This document shows positions 7,775-15,327 of a stretch of DNA of 64,000 bases, piece after piece. The stretch covers positions 28,945 to 92,944 of the forward strand of contig JBBIUS010000001.1 in assembly GCA_037440105.1 (NCBI GenBank), written 5' to 3'. The first letter of the stretch is position 1. Each line of letters opens with the position of its first letter. The translations under genes and the position numbers were made by a program. The notes below the pieces were generated by a model, which was given only the letters and a program-made list of their open reading frames with translations, had not been told where the DNA came from and searched no databases. The DNA is from Candidatus Falkowbacteria bacterium. GTDB lineage: Bacteria > Patescibacteriota > Patescibacteriia > XYB2-FULL-38-15.

Positions 7775-9223
7775 ATGAAAATCAATCTTTTAGAGGAAAA
7801 AGAAAAGATAGAAAAACCAAGAAGAAAATTTTACGGCAGCGGATTTATTGCCGTGTTTTCTATTTTAACTCTTTTATTTTTCTATAATTTAATTTTTGCA
7901 AAAAGCTTTTTCAAAATTGGTGTCCCAACCTCAGGAGAAGAACTTACGCAATGGGTTGAGAAAAAAATAAATTTTTTTGGGAAAATCGGCCTCCTGATAA
8001 GAAGTTCTGACAAAGAAATCAGGGGCGAAAAAGAAGGACGCATAAATATTCTGCTTTTAGGAATGGGCGGCGTTGGGCATGAGGGTACTTACTTAACTGA
8101 CACCATCATTTTAGTCAGCGTCAAACCAAAAGAAAAAATAGCCATGCTTTCTATCCCCCGCGACATGGTTGTCCCTATCCCGGGCTATGGCTGGCGAAAA
8201 ATTAATAATGCAAACGTTTTTGGAGAGCTGGCAAACCGCGGCAGCGGCGGAGAATTTACTAAAAATATCATTAGCCAAGTTTTTGAGATTCCCATACATT
8301 ATTATGTCAGAGTTGATTTTGACGGATTTAAAAAACTCATCGATGATTTAGGAGGCGTAGGAATTTATGTCGAAAGAAGTTTTACTGATTATAGTTATCC
8401 AACTTCTGATTTTAAATATCAGACTGTTTCATTTCAAAAAGGCTGGCAAATTATGGACGGGGAAACTGCCTTAAAATTTGTCCGCTCAAGACACGGAACC
8501 AACGGCGAAAGTTCTGATTTCGCGAGAAGCAAAAGGCAGCAAAAAGTTATCTTGGCTTTAAAAGAAAAAATTTTGTCTTTAAGCACCTTAGCAAACCCGC
8601 AAAAAATTTACAAAATATATTCAGGATACCAAGAAAATGTAAAAACCGATTTTGAAATCTGGGAAGCGCTTCGCTTTGCCAAAATCATTAAAGATATTGA
8701 AAACAAAGAAATCATTAATCAGGTCTTAGATGACAGTCCTAACTCCCCTCTCTACGCAACCAATATTGACGGCGCTTATGTCCTTGTCACGCGAACTGGG
8801 GATTTTAGCGAACTTCAGTCTCTTGCCCAAAATATTTTTGAACTTAAAAACCAAACCGCTCTGCCTGAAGCAAAACCCCTTATAAGAGTAGAAATTCAAA
8901 ACGGAACAAAGAAAAATGGTCTTGCGGCAAATACTGCTAAAGAACTTGAAAAAATAGGTTATGAAGTTGTTAAAATCGGCAACGCCCAAAAACAAAACTA
9001 TCAAAAAACTCTAATCTACGACTTAACAAAAGGTCAGCGCCTTGACGAACTTACTTTTTTGAAGGAAAAGCTTGGTGCTGATATCTCAGTAAGTATTCCA
9101 ACTTGGCTTTTAAGTTCATTCACCCCTTCTGAAATAACTATTTTAGATAAAACAAATTTTATAGATTCAAAAACTAAAATTGATTTTCTCATTATTCTTG
9201 GAGAAAATGCCAATTATTTCTAA
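7775..9223 (+). CDS. LCP family (LytR/CpsA/Psr) cell-envelope phosphotransferase with LytR_C-like tail
   Basis: TM anchor, then NILLLGMGG, TDTIILVS, LSIPRD, VDFDGFKKLID, ALKFVRSRHG, SDFARSKRQQ. Confidence 0.9.
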   Translation: MKINLLEEKEKIEKPRRKFYGSGFIAVFSILTLLFFYNLIFAKSFFKIGVPTSGEELTQWVEKKINFFGKIGLLIRSSDKEIRGEKEGRINILLLGMGGVGHEGTYLTDTIILVSVKPKEKIAMLSIPRDMVVPIPGYGWRKINNANVFGELANRGSGGEFTKNIISQVFEIPIHYYVRVDFDGFKKLIDDLGGVGIYVERSFTDYSYPTSDFKYQTVSFQKGWQIMDGETALKFVRSRHGTNGESSDFARSKRQQKVILALKEKILSLSTLANPQKIYKIYSGYQENVKTDFEIWEALRFAKIIKDIENKEIINQVLDDSPNSPLYATNIDGAYVLVTRTGDFSELQSLAQNIFELKNQTALPEAKPLIRVEIQNGTKKNGLAANTAKELEKIGYEVVKIGNAQKQNYQKTLIYDLTKGQRLDELTFLKEKLGADISVSIPTWLLSSFTPSEITILDKTNFIDSKTKIDFLIILGENANYF

Positions 9224-10574
9224 AAAAACACCTTCTATTGCGATTGTCGGCAGAGCTAATGTAGGAAAATCTACCCTTTTTAACTGTTTGATTGAAAAAC
9301 CAAAAGCTTTGGTTTCCCCTATAGCTGGGACAACAAGGGATAGAAATTATGGCCACGCCATCTGGCGCGGCCAAGATTTAATTTTGGTTGACACCGGCGG
9401 CTTAGAAGACATCGCTATTGGAAAAATTATAGCCAGAGAAGTTAAAAAGCAAGTTGATATTGCTGTAGCAAAAGCGGATTTAATATTCTTTTTAGTTGAT
9501 TTAAAAGCCGGGCTTCTCCCAGACGATATAAAAATTTCTAAATTTTTAAAAAAATTGAAAAAACCAGTAATTTTAGTCGGCAATAAAGCAGACAACGCCG
9601 TCCTCCAAATAAAGGCAGAAGAGAAACAATGGCTTAGACTGAATTTTGGAAAACCGTTGCCGGTTTCGGCAGTAACCGGAGCCGGCGCAGGAGACCTCCT
9701 TGACCAAGCCACGGCTATTTTAAAAACGATTGAGATAAAAAAAACACCGCCTACCATCTCACGCCCGCCAATAAAAGTTGCGATTATCGGCAAACCAAAT
9801 GTTGGCAAGTCTTCTTTACTAAATTCGCTTTTGGGCGAAGAAAGAGTTTTGGTTAGCGAAATTCCTTTTACCACCCGCGAACCGCAAGACACATTGTTTA
9901 TATATAAAGATCAGCCGCTTCTTTTAATTGACACAGTCGGCATCAGAAAAAAAGCCAAGATAAAACCGGGTTTAGAAAAAATGGGTGTTAAAAGAAGCAT
10001 CGCAGCTATTGAACGTTCAGACATTGTTCTTTTTGTTACCGAAACGCAAGAACCGCTCACAGCCCAAGATAAACATTTGGCTGAATTAATTTTAAAAACA
10101 AATGCCAGTTTGATTATCCTGGCTAATAAATGGGATCTTGTTTCGCAAAAAGAATCTGCCACCATAAACAGATTCACATTGTACTATCGCCGTTTTTTCC
10201 CATTTCTTGACTGGGCGCCGATTTTATTCATTTCAGCCAAAACCGGAGAAAAAGTAAAAAAAATTTTAGATTTAATTTTAGAAATAAATAAAGAACGAAA
10301 TAAACTTTTAAAGCCAGAAGAATTAGAAAAATTTTTAAAAATAACTCTTGTCAAACACTGGGCTATTGTTCACCGCAAAAAGAAAATCAGCGAAAGACCA
10401 AAAATTATTGATTTAACACAAACTGCGACTGCTCCGCCAAAATTCCAATTAATCACCACATCTAAAGAAGCCATTCCAGATGCTTTTATAAAATTTATTG
10501 AAAAAAGATTGCGCGAACAGTTTGACTTTCTCGGCACGCCGATTAAGGTCGAAGTAAGACAGATTAAAAAATAG
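9207..10574 (+). CDS. der: Ribosome-associated GTPase Der/EngA
   Basis: Two G domains (GRANVGKST..DTGG..NKAD and GKPNVGKSS..DTVG..NKWD) plus a KH-like C-terminus. The start is moved to ATG 9207 (GGAG upstream); the ORF-track start at 9180 overlaps the LCP gene. Confidence 0.93.
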   Translation: MPIISKKTPSIAIVGRANVGKSTLFNCLIEKPKALVSPIAGTTRDRNYGHAIWRGQDLILVDTGGLEDIAIGKIIAREVKKQVDIAVAKADLIFFLVDLKAGLLPDDIKISKFLKKLKKPVILVGNKADNAVLQIKAEEKQWLRLNFGKPLPVSAVTGAGAGDLLDQATAILKTIEIKKTPPTISRPPIKVAIIGKPNVGKSSLLNSLLGEERVLVSEIPFTTREPQDTLFIYKDQPLLLIDTVGIRKKAKIKPGLEKMGVKRSIAAIERSDIVLFVTETQEPLTAQDKHLAELILKTNASLIILANKWDLVSQKESATINRFTLYYRRFFPFLDWAPILFISAKTGEKVKKILDLILEINKERNKLLKPEELEKFLKITLVKHWAIVHRKKKISERPKIIDLTQTATAPPKFQLITTSKEAIPDAFIKFIEKRLREQFDFLGTPIKVEVRQIKK

Positions 10575-10656
10575 GGTTGAGCAAGGTTTAGCAGGGTTCG
10601 GCAGGGGTTAAATCCCTTGCTATACTATGCTAATCCCTGCTACACCCTGCTATACC
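10574..10656. repeat. Word-hairpin spacer, family C (GCAAGG/GCAGGG vs CCTTGC/CCCTGC words), intergenic copy
   Basis: gggttgagcaaggtttagcagggttcggcagggg / ttaaat / cccttgctatactatgctaatccctgctacaccctgctatacc. Confidence 0.7.
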
Positions 10657-10664
10657 ATACAAAC

Positions 10665-11240
10665 ATGCGACTCATCGCCGGTCTCGGAAATCCAGGAAAA
10701 AAATATGAAAAAACGCGACATAATGCCGGTTTTTTAACTATTAACTATTTACAATTAACAATTAACAATTTTTCTGATTGGAAGTTTAATAAAAAATTCA
10801 ATGCTGAAATAGCAGAAGGAACAATAAATGATGAAAAAATTATTCTAGCAAAACCGCAAACATTTATGAACGATTCGGGCCAGGCTGTTAAAAAAATAAT
10901 CGGAAATCGGAAATTGGAAATTGGAAATTTAATTGTCATTCACGACGACATCGACCTTCCGCTCGGGAAAATCAGAATAAAAAAAGACGGCTCTTCCGGC
11001 GGCCATCAAGGCGTGCAGTCTATTATCACCGCGCTTGGCACACAAAATTTTGTTCGTTTGAAAATCGGTGTTGGACCGAAAACACGGCCGCCGCATTTTG
11101 ACGCGGCAAAGTACGTTTTGCAAAAATTTACCAAAAGCGAAGAAAAAATTCTAGCCGAGACAATAAAAAAAGCAACCGATGCGGTTGCCGTGATCCTGGA
11201 AGAAAGTGTGGAAAAAGCGATGAACCAGTTCAATCGATAG
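10665..11240 (+). CDS. pth: Peptidyl-tRNA hydrolase
   Basis: MRLIAGLGNPGKKYEKTRHNAGF, FMNDSG, IHDDIDLPLGKIR, GGHQGV. The start is set at ATG 10665; the longer ORF-track N-terminus is encoded by repeat C. Confidence 0.93.
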   Translation: MRLIAGLGNPGKKYEKTRHNAGFLTINYLQLTINNFSDWKFNKKFNAEIAEGTINDEKIILAKPQTFMNDSGQAVKKIIGNRKLEIGNLIVIHDDIDLPLGKIRIKKDGSSGGHQGVQSIITALGTQNFVRLKIGVGPKTRPPHFDAAKYVLQKFTKSEEKILAETIKKATDAVAVILEESVEKAMNQFNR

Positions 11241-11637
11241 AGTTTCTCAGTTTCTCAATTTTTCAGTTTATTGGTTTTTAAGTTTGTATTTTTGGTTTTT
11301 GGTTTTTAATTTTTGGTTTATGCCCATATCACTGCCCGCCAGCGTAAAGTCCGTTCCGAAAACGGAAAAAACTTTAACTTGTGGTTACTTACTAGGTCAG
11401 GAGGGGTGACCATCGTTTTCACCGCTGGCGAGCAGAGGCACGAACACAATCGTTGTTTTCTTAATACTACATCTTAACAAATTTAATTATCATCGTCAAG
11501 AATAATTTTCTCGGATGCCCGACTCCTAACTTCTTTTGACATTTAATCTATTAGAAATAGAAATTTGACATCAGGTGTTGTATTGCTTTATTCGCACCTT
11601 AATTTATTTCTTTTATCTTGATAACTTCTCTAAAAGT

Positions 11638-12738
11638 ATGGCAACTCAAAATGGTTTAAAATATTGGATAGCTTTTTCTCGGTTTCCTAAAATTGGCTCA
11701 GTAAGGCTTTTAAAACTTTTAAATTATTTCTCTTCAATGGAAGAAGCCTGGCAGGCTTCTTCCATTGATTTAATTAAAGCTGGTCTGGAAGAAAACGTAA
11801 TCCAGGAATTTTTTATCAAAAAGCAAGAAATTAATCCGGACCGAGAGTTAGAAGAATTAAAAAAAGAAAACATTAAAGTTGTCACAATAAAAGATGAAAA
11901 CTACCCCTCCCTACTCAAAGAAATTTGGAATCCGCCAGCCCTTCTTTATTATAAAGGGACTTTAGAAAAAGAAGAAAAATTTTCCATTGCCATAGTTGGG
12001 ACTCGAAAAATTACAAATTACGGCAAGCAAGTTACAGAAGACCTAGTGCGAGAACTCGCTTTAAATGGAATTACAATTGTAAGCGGTATGGCTTTGGGTA
12101 TTGATACAGTCGCCCATCAAACAGCTCTTGCCTCTGGTGCAAAAACAATCGCTGTTTTGGGCTCTGGTATTGATACAGCAAGTATTTACCCTTCTCAAAA
12201 TCGATATTTAGCTTCAAAAATCGCTGAAAATGGAGGAGCTATTATTTCAGAATATCCAATTGGCACTCTTGCCATGCCTCAATATTTCCCTCACCGCAAC
12301 AGAATCATTTCTGGGCTTTCACTTGGGACTTTAGTCGTTGAAGCAGCAGAAGAATCAGGCGCTTTAATTACCGCTAAATACGCCCTTGACCAAAACCGCG
12401 AAGTTTTTGCCGTTCCAGGCAGCATCTATAGCCCTGCCTCAATTGGTCCAAATAATTTAATAAAAATGGGAGCCAAACCGGTGACAAAAGCGACTGATAT
12501 TTTAGAAACTTTAAATCTTACTCAAGTAACAAATTTTATTCAATCTCAAAAAATTGTTCCAGAAAGCCAAGAAGAAGCAAAACTTCTACAATTTCTTTCT
12601 TTTGAGCCTGTCCATATTGACAAACTCATTGCCCTTTCAGGACTTGACGTCCAAAAAACAAATAGTACACTTACGATTATGGAAATGAAAGGGAAAGTAA
12701 AGAATCTTGGAGGGATGAACTATGTGCTAGCGAAGTAA
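11638..12738 (+). CDS. dprA: DNA-processing protein DprA
   Basis: VGTRKITNYG, SGMALGIDTVAHQ, GSGID, FPHRNRIISGLS, VVEAAEESGALITA, VFAVPG, C-terminal wHTH. Start ATG 11638. Confidence 0.92.
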   Translation: MATQNGLKYWIAFSRFPKIGSVRLLKLLNYFSSMEEAWQASSIDLIKAGLEENVIQEFFIKKQEINPDRELEELKKENIKVVTIKDENYPSLLKEIWNPPALLYYKGTLEKEEKFSIAIVGTRKITNYGKQVTEDLVRELALNGITIVSGMALGIDTVAHQTALASGAKTIAVLGSGIDTASIYPSQNRYLASKIAENGGAIISEYPIGTLAMPQYFPHRNRIISGLSLGTLVVEAAEESGALITAKYALDQNREVFAVPGSIYSPASIGPNNLIKMGAKPVTKATDILETLNLTQVTNFIQSQKIVPESQEEAKLLQFLSFEPVHIDKLIALSGLDVQKTNSTLTIMEMKGKVKNLGGMNYVLAK

Positions 12739-12808
12739 CCAGTAACGGGTAACGAGTAACGCGTACAATTTTAAAATTACGGGTTACTGGTTACGGGTTA
12801 CGCGTTAC
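12735..12808. repeat. Word-hairpin spacer, family B (GTAACG / CGTTAC words), copy 1
   Basis: gtaaccagtaacgggtaacgagtaacgcgtac / aattttaaaatta / cgggttactggttacgggttacgcgttac. The dprA stop TAA (12736-12738) lies in the first word. Confidence 0.75.
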
Positions 12809-12815
12809 TATATTT

Positions 12816-15122
12816 ATGAACCTCGTTATCGTCGAATCCCCTACAAAAGCAAAAACAATTTCAAAATTTTTAACAAAAGACTTTAAGGTTGAGTCTTCTT
12901 TTGGCCATGTCCGTGACCTGCCGGAGTATGAGATGGGGATTGATATTGAACATGATTTTAAGCCGCATTATGTCGTCCCGCGCAAAAATCAAAAAATCGT
13001 AAACAACCTTAAAAAAGCGTCTCAAAAAGCAAAAAATGTTTATTTTGCCACTGACGAAGACAGAGAGGGCGAAGCAATTGCCTGGCACCTTGCTCAAATT
13101 TTAAAACCAAAAGCAGAGCAAATCAAACGAATCGCCTTTCATGAGATCACGCGCGAAGCAGTCCTTGAAGCAATAAAAAATCCGCGCTCTATTGATTTAA
13201 ATTTAGTCAATGCTCAGCAAGCAAGGCGGATTTTGGATCGCTTGGTTGGTTATGAACTTTCCCCTTTTCTCTGGCGAAAAGTTGCTAAAGGCCTTTCAGC
13301 AGGGCGCGTTCAATCAGTGGCCGTCCGATTGATTGTCGAAAGGGAAAGAGAAATCCAAAATTTTAAACCGCAGGAATATTGGACTATTGAAGCAAGGTTA
13401 AGCAAGGTTAGGCAAGGAATGGCAAGGAGTAGCAATGGTGAAAAAACAACCCTGCTCAACCCCGCTAAACCCTACTCAACCCCACTAAACTCTGATACAT
13501 TCATTGCCAAGCTTTATAAAATTGATGGCGCGGTTTTGGATAAATTTGATATTGCCACCAAAGAAAAAGCAGAAAGAATTCTCAAGGACCTCGAGGGCCG
13601 AAGTTATACAGTAGTTGATGTCCAAAAAAAAGAAAAAAAGAGGACGCCATTGCCTCCTTTCACAACCTCTACTCTGCAGCAAGAAGCAAACCGTCAATTT
13701 GGCTTTTCTGCCAAGCAAACAATGGTAATTGCCCAACAGTTGTATGAAGGAATAAATCTCGGTCCAGAAGGTTCAATTGGCTTAATTACTTATATGCGAA
13801 CTGATTCAGTCAATCTGGCAGAAAAGTTTTTAAACGAAACGCGCAAGTTTATTTCGGTGTCCTTCGGCGATAAATATTTGCCCGCATCTAGTCGGCGTTT
13901 TGCCACAAAATCAAAATTAGCTCAAGAAGCCCATGAAGCAATCCGGCCAACCGATCCAAATCGAAAACCGGACGATATCAAACAACACTTAGACGATAGT
14001 CAATATAAACTTTATAATTTAATTTGGCAGCGGGCTATTGCTTCTCAAATGGCAGAAGCTTTGCTCATTAGCACAACTGCAGATATTGAAGCAAAAAAAA
14101 TGGAAATCAGTAATCAAAAATCTAAAATATCCTCCTATATTTTTCGAACCACCGGCTTAACAATTAAATTCGACGGCTTTTTAAAAGTTTACGGTTCAAG
14201 CCAGGAATTAATCCTCCCACCGCTCGAGGTCAATGAACCGTTGGACTTAATCAAATTAACTCCTATCCAACACTTTACTCAACCGCCAGCCAGGTATTCT
14301 GACGCATCACTAGTTAAGGCGCTTGAAGAACACGGCATTGGCCGCCCGTCAACCTACGCACCGACTATTTCAAATATTATTGAACGTGGCTATGTTGAAA
14401 GAATCGAAGGCCGCCGCCTGAAGCCAAAAGAAATTGCTTTTTTAGTAAACGATCTTTTAGTCCAGCACTTCCCGCAGATCGTTGACTATAAATTCACGGC
14501 TCGAATGGAGGACGATTTAGACGAAATTGCTCAAAGAAAAAAAGAATGGGTTCCAATAATTCGAGAATTTTATATTCCCTTTAAGGAAAATCTTAATAAA
14601 AAATATCAAGAAATCAGCAAAAAAGAACTTACTGAAGAAAAAACAGAAGAGATTTGCGAAAAATGCGGCGCTCCAATGGTTATAAAAACTGGACGCTACG
14701 GAAAGTTTTTAGCCTGCAGCGCTTTCCCAAAATGCAAAAATGTCAAACCGCTCGAAAAACCCACACCATCTGAGGCAGAAACCACTGACGAAAAATGCGA
14801 AAAATGCGGCGCTCCAATGGTTATAAAAACTGGACGCTACGGAAAGTTTTTAGCCTGCTCAAAATATCCGGAATGTAAAAATGTTAAACCGCTTATAAAA
14901 TCAACCGGGCTAACCTGCCCTCAGTGCGGCAAGGGAGAAATAGTTGAACGCCGTTCAAAACGCGGCCGCACCTTTTATTCCTGCAGCCGATACCCTAACT
15001 GCAAATTTGCCCTTTGGTCGCGCCCAACCGGCGAAAAATGCCCAAAATGCAATAGCCTTTTGGTCCACGGAAAAAAAGACATGGTTGTTTGTTCAAATAA
15101 AGAATGTGATTATAAAGAGTAA
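12816..15122 (+). CDS. topA: DNA topoisomerase I
   Basis: TOPRIM (LVIVESPTKAKTI, DEDREGEAIAWH), catalytic Tyr region TYMRTDS, four C-terminal Cys4 zinc ribbons. Confidence 0.96.
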   Translation: MNLVIVESPTKAKTISKFLTKDFKVESSFGHVRDLPEYEMGIDIEHDFKPHYVVPRKNQKIVNNLKKASQKAKNVYFATDEDREGEAIAWHLAQILKPKAEQIKRIAFHEITREAVLEAIKNPRSIDLNLVNAQQARRILDRLVGYELSPFLWRKVAKGLSAGRVQSVAVRLIVEREREIQNFKPQEYWTIEARLSKVRQGMARSSNGEKTTLLNPAKPYSTPLNSDTFIAKLYKIDGAVLDKFDIATKEKAERILKDLEGRSYTVVDVQKKEKKRTPLPPFTTSTLQQEANRQFGFSAKQTMVIAQQLYEGINLGPEGSIGLITYMRTDSVNLAEKFLNETRKFISVSFGDKYLPASSRRFATKSKLAQEAHEAIRPTDPNRKPDDIKQHLDDSQYKLYNLIWQRAIASQMAEALLISTTADIEAKKMEISNQKSKISSYIFRTTGLTIKFDGFLKVYGSSQELILPPLEVNEPLDLIKLTPIQHFTQPPARYSDASLVKALEEHGIGRPSTYAPTISNIIERGYVERIEGRRLKPKEIAFLVNDLLVQHFPQIVDYKFTARMEDDLDEIAQRKKEWVPIIREFYIPFKENLNKKYQEISKKELTEEKTEEICEKCGAPMVIKTGRYGKFLACSAFPKCKNVKPLEKPTPSEAETTDEKCEKCGAPMVIKTGRYGKFLACSKYPECKNVKPLIKSTGLTCPQCGKGEIVERRSKRGRTFYSCSRYPNCKFALWSRPTGEKCPKCNSLLVHGKKDMVVCSNKECDYKE
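13391..13490. repeat. Family-C-like word-hairpin element lying in frame inside topA
   Basis: agcaaggttaagcaaggttaggcaaggaatggcaaggagtagc ... ccctgctcaaccccgctaaaccctactcaaccccactaaac. It encodes ARLSKVRQGMARSSNGEKTTLLNPAKPYSTPLN. Confidence 0.65.
14655..14858 (+). repeat. Tandem duplication (141-nt period) of a topA zinc-ribbon module; 63 nt are identical
   Basis: tgcgaaaaatgcggcgctccaatggttataaaaactggacgctacggaaagtttttagcctgc occurs at 14655-14717 and again at 14796-14858. Confidence 0.9.
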
Positions 15123-15158
15123 AAACGCTGTACATCACTGTTACATGTTATAAAATGA

Positions 15159-15190
15159 CTGCCTCGCATCTTTGCGTAAGGCAGTTTTTA
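15159..15190 (+). terminator. Intrinsic terminator after topA
   Basis: ctgcctcgca-tctt-tgcgtaaggcag followed by TTTTT. Confidence 0.7.
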
Positions 15191-15327
15191 AAAATAATCG
15201 CATTTTAAAAAGTTGGACAATTATGCTATGGCATTTTGTACACTTTTTATTTTAACATTATTATTCATCGCAATTGATTCTTAAATTCTTTACAAAATAC
15301 CTTATTTGTTTTACACTTTTTAAGTGT

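Noticed and set aside
11320-11450. SRP (4.5S) RNA, because of the AGGTCAGG string
   Set aside because: It lacks the GGAA tetraloop with its flanking GGAAGCAGC-type symmetric loop, and it does not fold into a single long hairpin. I also saw no RNase P (GAGGAAAGTCC) or tmRNA signatures.
12735-12808. Possible CRISPR array, because of regularly repeated GTAAC words (similarly at 61155-61240, 2274-2346 and others)
   Set aside because: The units are only 6-11 nt and contiguous, with no 25-40-nt unique spacers. They are arranged as two inverted arms. No cas genes are present in the window.
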